The position numbers were made by a program, and so were the translations under genes. The notes beneath the pieces are model-generated. The model did no database searches. It had not been told where the DNA came from and saw only the letters and a program-made list of their open reading frames with translations. A DNA stretch of 64,000 bases from Batkoa obscura (Eukaryota), in NCBI GenBank assembly GCA_030770535.1, contig JASVEC010000024.1, forward strand, positions 496,001-560,000, given 5' to 3'. Shown piece after piece: positions 41,170-52,567 of the stretch. Within the stretch, counting starts at the first letter, position 1; every line of letters starts with the position of its first letter.

Positions 41170-42781
41170 ATATTTTTCCACCCAGGATAAAAATCCTTCA
41201 ATGCAACAAAGCCTTCCGTAAGTAATTTAAAATATATACTTCTATCTACTAGAAACCAGTCTTCATGGTTGCTTTCACATCCTTTACAAATATTCTATAA
41301 AATTATAAAATTGATTTTTTGATATTACCATAAACCTTACTTTATTCGCCTTTCCAAAAGGAACAAGTTTTTGTTTTAAATGGAGTTTGATTAACTCTTT
41401 TAATTTGTAGATGTCATTACATTGAATTGATAATAAATAGTTAACATTTAATGGGGAATCAGATTTGCAACACGATTTGAATACAGGACATTGTATTAAT
41501 TTATCTCGATTTGATAACCTTATATCCATAGAAGTTCCAATTTTGTAGTAAACTTTCCCTCCTGATTTCCACGAAGCTAGCTTTGATTTAGTGCTTTTAG
41601 AGGCACTGTTATTTTTATTATTTCCTGGCAGTAATGTTGCATAAATATGAATGTCCCCCGATTTACTATCTCCTTGTTTATTATAAATTTCTTTCAAGTT
41701 CACAATTACATCATTGCTTAAACCTTTTAATAGCGAGGATGGTATTGGCTTTTTACTATAGACGCTTTCATCACTTTGATTGCTTTCATTGCTTTTGTCA
41801 TTTGAGATTGATGCTCTAAATGATTTATGTTCTTCAGAATAGCTTTATTGATTAGTTTGTGATTTAATTTTACAAACTGTCTTTACCTACTAAAATCAAA
41901 AGACGGACAAAGGATCCTTGGAAGCCTAAAGGTTCTAGTCAAATTTTCAGATTGTTTAAAGTTTTGGTGCAAATACCTTTCATGTAGGTAATTTTCACTT
42001 TCATTACTTTTGTCATTTGAGATTGATGCTCTAAATGATTTATGTTCTTCAGAATAGCTTTATTGATTAGTTTGTGATTTAATTTTACAAACTGTCTTTA
42101 CCTACTAAGATCAGAAGACGGACAAAGGATCCTTGGAAGCCTAAAGGTTCTAGTCAAATTTTCAGATTGTTTAAAGTTTTGGTGCAATACCTTTCGTGTA
42201 GGTAATTTTCATTTTTATTCGAATTATTTGATTGCTCTTCCATTCTATGCATCATCTGGTGGTTATAACAAAACCATCTTTTAATAGGCATACCATAATC
42301 AATTACTGATATATCAGTTTTTTTACAGTAGCTTCCATATTCATCAAAATAAGAACAATACCGTACAGTGCAATCCGTGTCATAAGGCAATCTATTACCA
42401 ATATTTTTTACATTACCTTCTTCGCTTTGGGACGAGTCTGATGAATATAAAAGGTGTTCGCTACATATATATATTTTTTTGATTTTGTCATTATCAAAAA
42501 TAAACGATTTGAAATTTTCACATTTATAATTTGCATCTTCTGGATCTACATACTGACATCCTAGGTATCTAATTATTATGTCCGGCTTTTCTTTTTTGTA
42601 AATCAAGTCTTCACTTGGCACTACACTGTTTGTTATATCAGATGATGGATCCAAATTTACTAAAATGCTTAACTGTTGGTTTCAAATAAGATTATTTTAC
42701 ATCAGACTCACTATACTAATCTAAACAATTGTACGTACTTTTTTGTTTTTGCTTTTTTACAGCTGAACGCTTTCTACCCAT
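41170..42781 (-). pseudogene. T5orf172/MUG113 (GIY-YIG-like) domain gene with N-terminal Cys/His repeats, disrupted
   Basis: Exon 1 MGRKRSAVKK spliced into ORF 42154-42654 (C..C...C.xH repeats); ORF 41284-41703 GDIHIY...YYKIG; last exon ICKGCESNHEDWF; internal stops and 215-bp duplication. Confidence 0.7.
41783..42211. repeat. Near-identical tandem duplication, 2 x ~215 bp
   Basis: CTTTTGTCATTTGAGATTG... recurs at 41792 and 42007 with only a few substitutions or indels. Confidence 0.95.
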
Positions 42782-43268
42782 TTTAATACAAAAGATATCA
42801 TTAAAGGATTGAGAGTCATTTCCATTAATATCTAAAAATCAATTATCCAATTAAATAGCAATTTTTTTGATGACATAGTAAGCGTTTCAAGTTAAATATA
42901 GTAAATTAATCAATTTTTCTATTAAAAATCCTATAGTTTGTCAGCTTGGGGTAAATAAGTTCAATATTACTATATGCATAAAGTACAATGTGGATAAATT
43001 TGGTATTGAATATTATTTGATCAAGAAGCAAAACTGGTACATTTTGCTTAATTTAAGAACTTCGTACTTATTTTAGTTTTAGTAATTGAAATCACAGGTC
43101 TTAATGGAAAAATAAACAAATTAATAAGAAACAAGAAAACAGTGGTGATGAAACCTAAAATAAGTTAAGTAAAAAGGCCAAAACAGAATTATATAAGTTA
43201 GCAATTGAAAAAAGTCTATAAAAGAAGCAGTTGAACCATTATTTATTAAATATTATATTGAAGCATAA

Positions 43269-43364
43269 GGGGATGTTTTTTTTGTCTTCATTACTTTTTC
43301 CATTTTTAAGCGCTATTTGAGCGGAAAAATTGAGTAAAATTCTTAAATACAAAAACACATCCCC
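43269..43364 (-). mobile_element. MITE copy
   Basis: Non-palindromic ATAA TSD on both sides. Confidence 0.93.
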
Positions 43365-43975
43365 ATAATTTGTTTGTAGAAAAACGAAAAAAGGCTGTAT
43401 AAAAACATAAGTGCAAGGTAAAAGAATATGGAAGAGAATGGTAGATCTAAGAGTGTTATTATTAAAACAGGCGATAAACAAGTAATGAAAATAAGGAAGA
43501 TTCATAGAAGTTAGTAGTCAAACAAAAGATGTTTTTAAAGAAACAATAAAGAAACAATCTATTAGTTATAGCAGCGCGTTAAAAACTAGTGTTAAAAAAA
43601 AGTAAAAATAAAGCAAATACAGAAAAGATGGATATTAAAAGCAATAACAACTTACTACATCTTATTAGAAAATTTAATAATAAAATAGGTACTTAAAAAA
43701 ATTTATAAAAGTTGGTAATTAAATAAAAAAAAGCTTTGAAAAAAAAGTAGAGAAAGAATTGTTTATTAAATATAGTACTGTAGAAACTATTACTTATAAT
43801 AAAAATTAAAAGTTGAAAAAAATAAAAAAATAAAGTATAAAAAGAGGATAACTTAAATAAACATGAACAAAATAAACGATAAGATAGGTAAAAAAAACAA
43901 AAAAACAAAACCTATTAAAAAAGTAGTAGTAAATTCATTTATTGAACATGATAATATAAAATAGCTTATTTATAT

Positions 43976-44073
43976 GGGGATGTATTTTTTCGTTTAAGAA
44001 TTTTGCTGATAACCTTTCCACTCAAATAGTGCTTAAAAATGGAAAAAGTAATAAAGACAAAAAAAACATCCCC
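43976..44073 (+). mobile_element. MITE copy
   Basis: Full length, ATAT TSD. Confidence 0.92.
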
Positions 44074-44465
44074 ATATAAAAAATTTAAAGAAGCTGCAAA
44101 TAGAAAAAAATAAATAGAAGGAAAAGACATAAATAATTATATTAATAAGACACATAATAAAATAAATGATGAGATTGAAGAAAAGTTATAGAGTTTAATC
44201 GAGGAATGTAGCTATTTTACAAAAAAAGGCAGCTAAATTATTATTTATTAAATGTTATATAATATACAATATTACATTTTAAAAAAAAGCAGTTAAAAAA
44301 AGACAAAAAACATTATCACAAGTTAAAAATGCCAAGCTAATCATTAATTACTTATTATTATATAAATTATATGAATTTGTAAGTATTAATTATTTGTGAT
44401 TATAAAAACAAAATTTATAATATAGTAAACTAACCAAACTATTTTTTATAATTATTTTAATATAT

Positions 44466-44563
44466 GGGGATGTGTTTTTGTATTTAAGAATTTTACTAGC
44501 AATTTTTCCACTTAAATAACGCTTAAAAGATGTAAAAATAATGAAATCAAAAAAAACATCCCC
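44466..44563 (+). mobile_element. MITE copy
   Basis: Full length, ATAT TSD. Confidence 0.92.
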
Positions 44564-44837
44564 ATATATAAATATTCAAATCGGTTTTATTTTTTTATCC
44601 CCTTTAAATATTTTGAATTTTGGAAACTTTGCTCAAAATTTCATAATAAATTTTTTGTTAAAAGTAAAAGTATTTAATACAGTTTTAAGTCATTTATTAC
44701 AATTTATATTATAAGTTGATCAAATTTATATTAAATTTAATAGAGATTCCCAGATTAGTAAAGTTTTTACCAATATAATTTATGTAATAAGATCAATATT
44801 GATATTAACCAAAGTCGTAATATGCAAATAAGTATCT

Positions 44838-44936
44838 AGGGATATATTTTTATATTTAAGGACTTTATTAACAATTTTTCCACTTAAATAGTGCTTAAAA
44901 GATGGAAAAAGTAATGAAGCCAAAAAAAACATCTCC
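44838..44936 (+). mobile_element. MITE copy, diverged ends
   Basis: Family core; ATCT/ACAT flanks. Confidence 0.85.
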
Positions 44937-45655
44937 ACATATTATTATAAAACTTTATTGAAAAATATTTACTGTTGACTGCTTTATAGCTAATATTGCA
45001 GATTTTGGATTAAATAAATGAACCATTTTAATATTATAACTACATTACTAATATATTACTAAATTAGTAAATAGTTACATGGGGGAAAGCATTTAACTTT
45101 AAAACTACAGTTAATCATCTTTATATAATACAAGTAATGTAGTAGTAATTTTTATTTATTACTATAGCTACTTGCTTTTTAATTATTTATTAACTTAGTT
45201 ATTAATAATTGATTTACATCATTCAATAAATATTTATTTATCTAATGAGTGTTGGAATTTTTAAATTTAACTTATTTTTATAAGATAAGCTGGGGTTAAT
45301 TTTTAAACTTTTAACTTTTTTATAGATTTTATAACTTTAATTAAAATTATTTTACGTTTCTTTAACTTATTAAATAAATGTAGCAATTTTGATTTGCTTG
45401 TTTTTAGCTTTTTTGTATTTTTAATAATAAACCATAATATTAGTATTTTATTGTTAACAACTATTTAAATAATTGTATTCATTTCTACTTATATCAAGTT
45501 TAAAACTTTTGCATTTATTAAGAAAATATACTGAAACTATAAGTGATGATAATGCTACTTGTTAGTTTTTGTTTGTTATTTCCTTTAAAGCACCAATTTT
45601 ATATGTTGCCTAATTGAATTTATTGTTATCACTACTAAGTTTCAATGATATATAC

Positions 45656-45750
45656 AGGGATGTTTTTTTGACTTCACTTTTTCCATCTTTCAAGCACTCT
45701 TTAAGTGGAAAAATTGTTAGTGAAATTCTTAACCACAAAAATACATCCTC
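45656..45750 (-). mobile_element. MITE copy
   Basis: Family core; ATAC/ATAT flanks. Confidence 0.88.
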
Positions 45751-45799
45751 ATATGTCAAATAATAATATTAATAGAATATGTTATTATTAGAATATTAA

Positions 45800-46106
45800 T
45801 CATTTATAAAATATTTTAACTTTATTGAAATTATTAAAAACAGTCAAACATATTAATGTTATTCACAACTGTAACGATATCATTTTTATTCTTACTTAAT
45901 TCAATAACAATAATACAATTTGAAATGAGTAAAATTTATTTACCTAAACCAAATAAGCCAAGTCCTTCCAATTCACTATTTCTAATCATTTGTTCAGTAT
46001 TTTTAAATACAAAATCTACTACATCTTCTCGTTTGAATGTTAATAAAAATTCCTTTTTAATCTCTTGTAATAATTGTATAATCTGATCCTTATTATCGAT
46101 ACTCAT
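45800..46106 (-). pseudogene. Truncated MED1 paralog (identical exon 1 plus decayed exon 2)
   Basis: 45931-46109 is the reverse complement of 52565-52743; downstream KNKNDIVTVVNNINMF* resembles MED1 exon 2 SNKNDAITIMSKMAIL. Confidence 0.8.
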
Positions 46107-46189
46107 TATAAAAAATTAAAACTTGAAAGCTTGAAATTAAAATTTCTAAAAAAATGTTATATAATAAAAATAATTATAAACAATTTGAT

Positions 46190-46935
46190 TTATTGCTCTG
46201 CTTTTTCAGCAATTGGATTAGCATGAATAGTAATAGATTGAATACGTATTGGTTTTAATGGACGATTTTTTTCATCAGTTGGTGTATTTTCAATGTCTTC
46301 TAAAGTAGTATCTGATCCATAAATGACTTTACCAAAAATGGTATACTTGGTATCTAAATGGGATTGTTTAGAATAAGTAATAAAGAATTGACTACCATTA
46401 GTATCAGCTCCACTATTAGCCATACTGACTATCCCTCTACAATGATGCTAAAATAAGGTTTAGTTATGAATATTAGAAAATAAATAAATGAATTACTCTT
46501 AATGTAGATTTGATTTCATCTTCAAATTTATTCCCCCATATTGATACTCCTCCCTTACCAGTTCCTATATTTTAATTTGTTAATACTATTCTTATAGTCT
46601 TTCAAAATCTCTTTCTCTAACCTGTTGGATCACCAGTCTAAATAATAAATAAATAAATAAATAAAAATATGAAACTAATTTCCATACTTGCATCATAAAG
46701 CCTTTAATATTTCGATGAATTAAACAGTTATCATAATATCCACTGGCACATAAAGCTAAAAAATTCTTAAAACTCAGATAATTTAAAATAAATGATTTTT
46801 AATTTACTTCGGCTGCTTTAGGTACACTTTCACAAAATACTTCTATCTTCAAATCCCCTAAATCGGTATGTAAAGTCACTGACTAATTGAATGATTTAGT
46901 TGATGTTGGTTAATTTGGCTAGTATCAAATACCAT
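46190..46935 (-). CDS. PPIL3: Cyclophilin-type peptidyl-prolyl isomerase PPIL3/Cyp10, multi-exon
   Basis: ATG-only exon 1; [56 protein letters not shown]. Confidence 0.93.
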
Positions 46936-47187
46936 TTTGTATGAATTTATATATAAATTACACTAAAAACAGTTTTTTTTATAAAATCGATTTTAAATTT
47001 ATGCAACTAGGTAAAAAAACAAAAATTTGCACAAAAAACGCCAACGTAAGCCAACTTTATCAGTTAAGTATTCAAATAAATATAAAAACTTTACTAAAAA
47101 GTAATAGCTCAACGATAATAAATCAAAGTATAATTTTTAATAAGGATATAAAAAACAGAATCAACCATACAATAAAAATAGAATAAT

Positions 47188-48074
47188 TTAAATATCAATA
47201 CGCCATAATTCCAATTCCACGCAATTGAATTCTTCTTGAGGACCAGCTAATGGTAAATTATCGAATGTAGAACATTTGCTAGATATTCCTAAATTTAAAT
47301 CACTATCAATCCACAAACCATATTTACCATCACTAATACAAATAATAGTAATTAAATACAAGATATGTAATATATATTAAATATAAATTTACCTTCCACC
47401 CACTGAAATAAACGTTGTCTCACATAAAATATTATAATGATTTTTACCTGTCCATTCAAATGTAAATAAATGGCTATCGTCGTTTGTCGCTGCTATTTCT
47501 CTTGGATCACCAAAACGCCATAAAAAACTATATAAATTATTTGTACTTAAATAAATTTTAAAATTAATAATTAAAATACAATATTTACCATTCCCCAGTA
47601 CCATAATAATTAGGATGTGACATTACTTGATCAGATAAAAAAGCACCAAATACCTTTTATAAAATAAAACTCATTAAATCATATACGTTTTAAATTCCAA
47701 ACTATTTTTCGCTTACCTGATCTTCTGAATCTCTAATAGCTAATATACAAGGACCTGAATCTTTAGCTCTGCGAAATAAAGTAGATATACTTAAACCATG
47801 TTGATCAATACTGTACAATAAGCTCCAAGATCTAGCTAACTTTAAGGTTGGAGGTAATTTATCAACTAACTAATAATTTTCTTTTGATTTAATATAAAAT
47901 CTATAAATTCCAATTTTTATTTACCTTATTAGCCATCTTTTGAGTTAATACATGTTCATTAGTAGTTCTACCTAGTAAATTGATTTTCTGAGGTTCTAAC
48001 TGAAAACCATCTTCTACTGACTTCATTAAGGGTACTGTTTTAGCTCGTAATAATGGGGGACTATTAGTGAACAT
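47188..48074 (-). CDS. OXR1: TLDc-domain oxidation resistance protein, multi-exon
   Basis: WSLLYSIDQHGLSISTLF, VFGAF, YYGTG, FLWRF, WTGKN, ISVGGS, GLWID, CSTFDNLPL, ELWRI. Confidence 0.85.
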
Positions 48075-48773
48075 TTTTAAAATTAAACACATTGAAATGA
48101 ATCTTTTTTTTAAATTGATATTGGTTGAAGTTGAAGTTTTGGAAATAAGGCATCAATCCACTCTTTTATTGGTTTCTGCTTAAGATATAAGGGTCTTGAT
48201 TTGCTAGTGACTTTGTAGTGAATATCGTTTTCCTTATTTAGATCATCTTTAATAAAATTGAGTTTTTTTTCACATCACGTGGAGATTAAATTTAGACACT
48301 AACTACTAAATCCCCATCAATTTGAAAGCAGTAATTTAAGTTTTATTATTAATAGTTATCTTACTAATTCAAAGATAACAAAATATATTGTTAATAGTTT
48401 ATCATCTTTATTTAATAGTTTTAAAAGCTCACTTTATTAAATATATATTACTTTAAAGATTTCAATATAATTTATTTTTTCTGTGATAACTAAATTGGAT
48501 ATTAGTTTAGTCCAATTTCAACTTGATAATATTCAATTGCAAAACAAAGCCAATGATTTATCTCAAAGTGGAAATCAACACCTTCTTCAGTTCAACTCAG
48601 AATTCTAACCTGTTTAAAGATAAGAATAGTTACGTAGATATTCATTAAACCAAAGGGTAATAGTTAAAGTATTTTTCTATTAAATTTTGTCTATTGTTTT
48701 GTCCATATTGTTTCAATTAAAAGACCGAAATTTCACTATAAATTCAATTTATAAGTATAATAGAACGTAATAT

Positions 48774-48870
48774 AGGGATTTTTTTTGATTTCATTACTTT
48801 TTCCATTTTTCAAGCGCTGCTTGAGTGGAAAGATTGTTAGCAAAATTCTTAAACACAAAAATACATCCTC
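48774..48870 (-). mobile_element. MITE copy
   Basis: Full length, ATAT TSD. Confidence 0.9.
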
Positions 48871-49109
48871 ATATGTTTATGTAAATTCAAATTGAACTTA
48901 AATTTCAAAATACTTGTTTCATCATTTTATGATAGAAATAAACTACCTAAAAGCTATGATTATTTTAAAATAAAAAATAAAATTTTAATTTATAACTCAT
49001 AAGATTTTAACACTTAGAATAATCGTTGTTATATTAAACAACTTCAAGATAGAACAGGTAACTATTTTATTAAATAAAATATTAAATTTTATAACTAAAA
49101 GGTGCTCCT

Positions 49110-50380
49110 TTATGCTTCTGGAAAATGCTTCAAATGCATTAAGGAGTACAAAACAGCCATTATTGTCCATTTACGATTTTCAGCTTCTTGAAATACTAAT
49201 GAACGATTTGAATAAAATACCTAAAAACATTAATAACTTTTCAAGTTCATTAGCTATCATTTAATTACCTCATCATCCACTTCATAAGGTTTTCTTGGTA
49301 AGCAATGTAAAAATTTCCAATCTGGGTTAGCTTTTGATTTGCTAATTAAATCCATTGTAACTTGATATCCTTTAAAATCTAGGATTCTTTTATCAAATTC
49401 TTCTTCTTGTCCCATACTAACCCTAATAAATAATGATAAAATTACTACAAATCAAATATATTAAATTTATTAATTTACCAAGTATCAGTAACAATAACAT
49501 TTGAATTTTTAATAGCTTCAATTGGGTCATTCAAAATCTCCAAATTAGCTCCAGATCTACTTGCTTCATTATTTGCAATTAATGATATTTCTTTTAATGG
49601 TTCATAACCTTTGGGACTTGAAATTGATAAATGAATTTTAAATTTTGGTAATGTTAACATCAAACTATACAATACATTATTGACATCTCCAATCCAAGTC
49701 ACTTTTTTCCCACTTAATGTATGAAATAAATCCGTATCTTCTGCTTTTTGAATATTCATTTCCTGACAATAAGTTTCATGTAACGTCATTAAGTCCGCTA
49801 AAATTTGAGTGGGATGATATTTATCACTTAATGCATTCACTACTGGTACACTTGAATATTTCATAAGTTCCTATGTGTTTTGTCAAATTAAATAAACAAA
49901 ATGTTGTCCAATACTTACTTCTATTTCTGAATGGCTACCCACTCTAGCTACAATACAATCTACCATACTTGATATGACTTTTGCCGAATCTAATAAAGTT
50001 TCATTCACATTTAACTGAATGTCATTAGCACCTAAATAAAATGTTTTGGCACCTTAAAACAAATTAACTATTAAATCAAAACTATTGATAAAAAAATTAC
50101 CTAATAGATTAGCTGAAGTCTCTGTTGCTAATCGGGTTCTAGTGGAACGTTTGGAAAACAATAGTGCTATTGATTTGGAGCGTAATGTTTGATCGTAGCT
50201 GGTAACATTGTTTTTAATATCCTTTTTGAATTTTATGGATGTTTTTATTAAGTGATTAATCTGATTGGCGTTTAAATCTTTTAAAGTTTCAAAGCTGGTA
50301 ATCTTATTACTATAGCTTCGTATCCCTGTCTTGTATTTCAATGACTGAAATGCCTTTGACTGAATTGATTTTAAAAACAT
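49110..50380 (-). CDS. ARG3: Ornithine carbamoyltransferase, mitochondrial, multi-exon
   Basis: Basic presequence, [45 protein letters not shown]. Confidence 0.95.
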
Positions 50381-50422
50381 ATTAATATTAAAAGGTTAAT
50401 TTTGATTTTTTTTTTCTTTTTA

Positions 50423-50448
50423 TACGTCACCTTTCTAGTAATGACTCA
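50423..50448 (-). promoter_or_regulatory. Gcn4/CpcA-type TGACTCA and CRE-like TACGTCA upstream of ARG3
   Basis: TGACTCA at 50442-50448; TACGTCA at 50423-50429. Confidence 0.5.
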
Positions 50449-50669
50449 CTATTTTTAATCATGAGAAATAATTAATATAGAATATTATTTATCACCACAA
50501 ACCTAATACTAAGATTAAATTTGACTAAAGCCCTCGGTATAGTGCCTAAAGATAAGATTTTTAATTATAATGTAATTTGCACATCAAAAAAATATTATAA
50601 GATTGTAAGATTGGAGCCCTATTCGCTGTAGATCCAGTTTGCTCAAAATCACAAGCTTTAAAAGCATAT

Positions 50670-50767
50670 GGGGATGTATTTTTGTGTTTAAGAATTTTGC
50701 TAACAATTTTCCACTCAAACAGCACTTAAAAGATGGAAAAAGTAATGACGCCAAAAAAAATACTACC
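50670..50767 (+). mobile_element. MITE copy about 290 bp upstream of ARG3
   Basis: Full length, ATAT TSD. Confidence 0.9.
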
Positions 50768-51169
50768 ATATTGTCCTTTTTTATTAAATTCTAGAATAAT
50801 AGATTGTATTAAAAACTGTTGTAATAACAAATATAAACTTAAATATTGTTATATAGCTCTAACTTCATTGAACATTTTTACATTTAAATTTTATTAAAAA
50901 CTAAATTTTACTATTGAAATAAAAAATAGTTTTGAACTTTGTAATTATAAATTAAAGCTTTATATTTATATTTAAATAAAATCTTGTCAAGTTTAAAATT
51001 GACTATATTAAATTTTTTTAGTACTTTATACACTTTATCTTTATAGTCATAATTAACTCTTTCCAGTTTATAAAAAAATGTTATTTTATATAGCTAATAA
51101 ATAATCAATCTTATACAATTTACATAAAAACATAATGACAGTTCATCATCAATAGTATATATTATTCTT

Positions 51170-52056
51170 TAATTTTTTTAGCTTTTGAATATTTGATTTC
51201 CCTTATTTTGACTTTCTCTTAACTGATTCCCCCTTTAATATAATACTACATGCTATATTATAATTGATGACTGATTGCTTCGCTGTTTCTTTTGTATTAT
51301 TTCTTTGATTGATTACTAAGTATGATAAATTCATTTTAAATTCATTGTTTTTTTATCACAAGATTTATTGACAAAATTATGTAACTTATTGCCTTCCATT
51401 ATACCAATCTTTCCTACATTTATACCCTCTCTTAATCTTTTCCTTTACATTGCAATAATATTTAATGTGTTTTTATATTTGATAAGTAAATGTTCCGCTG
51501 TCTCTTTTATGACTTTTTCTTGATTTAATACTAACTCCAACAAATCCTTTTTAATATCCTTATTTATTTTATTACATCTTTTATCGATAAAGTCACTCAA
51601 GTTATTATTTTCTACATTTATTTCTTCTGCATTTACAGTATCTTTTAAACTTTCTCTTTTTAAAAAAATGTTCAGTGAAACACCATAGTTGACAGACAAT
51701 TTTTTTTGCCCTTTCTTTTATGGGCTTGCCTTATTCAACTAATAATTTGCATGGTTCTTTTTTGGTCTTCTTGCTTATTTTATTGCAACTTATATTAATA
51801 TAGCGATTTAAATTACTATCTTGTTCCAAACTTTCATTCCTAAATTTAGGCTCTCCTTTATTTTTTTGCTCTTTACAAAAATTGACACTACAGTCATAAA
51901 ATTAATAGTCAACTCCTTCGATATCCTTCTAATGAACTTTTGCTGTTCATATACTAACTCAAATAATCTCTTTCCAGCTTCAATGCTAATCTTATTGATT
52001 CAATTACTTCTGTTTTCTTGACCCTTGTTATTTTAGTTGCTTGCTCTTTTTTCTAT
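51170..52056 (-). pseudogene. Tandem-HTH repeat protein pseudogene (paralog of 55848-57164)
   Basis: Fragments ISIEAGKRLFELVYEQQKFIRRISKELTINF and INKDIKKDLLELVLNQEKVIKETAEHLLIKYKNT; ATA in place of ATG; stops. Confidence 0.75.
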
Positions 52057-52567
52057 TAAGACTTATAACTTCGACTATCAAAAACAAAACAGTAAAACAA
52101 TTACAGATTAAGTATTATTTTTATTAACTTCCTTTTTTAAGTCAAATAATATTTTGATTAAGAATTTAAATTGAAAGTAACTATTGTAGTGAAACAAAAT
52201 AAGTTTAAAGTATTGAATTATGAGACATTCATTACTTAACACAATAATGGATAACTTTCCAGTTATAAATCTGGTTTTGTTGAATACTTTGGGCTTTGAT
52301 AATTTAATTATGTTAGAAAAATAATTTTCTTGAAACCAAGCAAGATTAAAAGTGTTTTTTTTTCAGCTAATCAAAAAGAAGGATTTTTTTCAATTAATAC
52401 ATTAAGTATTTTTTGATATGAATTTTACTGATAAATTGTTCTATTTCTTAAGTACAAAATATTAAAAACAGAGTAAAAAAACAACTAATCTCTTTTTTAA
52501 GTGCAAGGATATTTCTATTGAATTTTAATTTAAATCGTTTACCTTTTAAAGTTAATTGTTTTAAATA

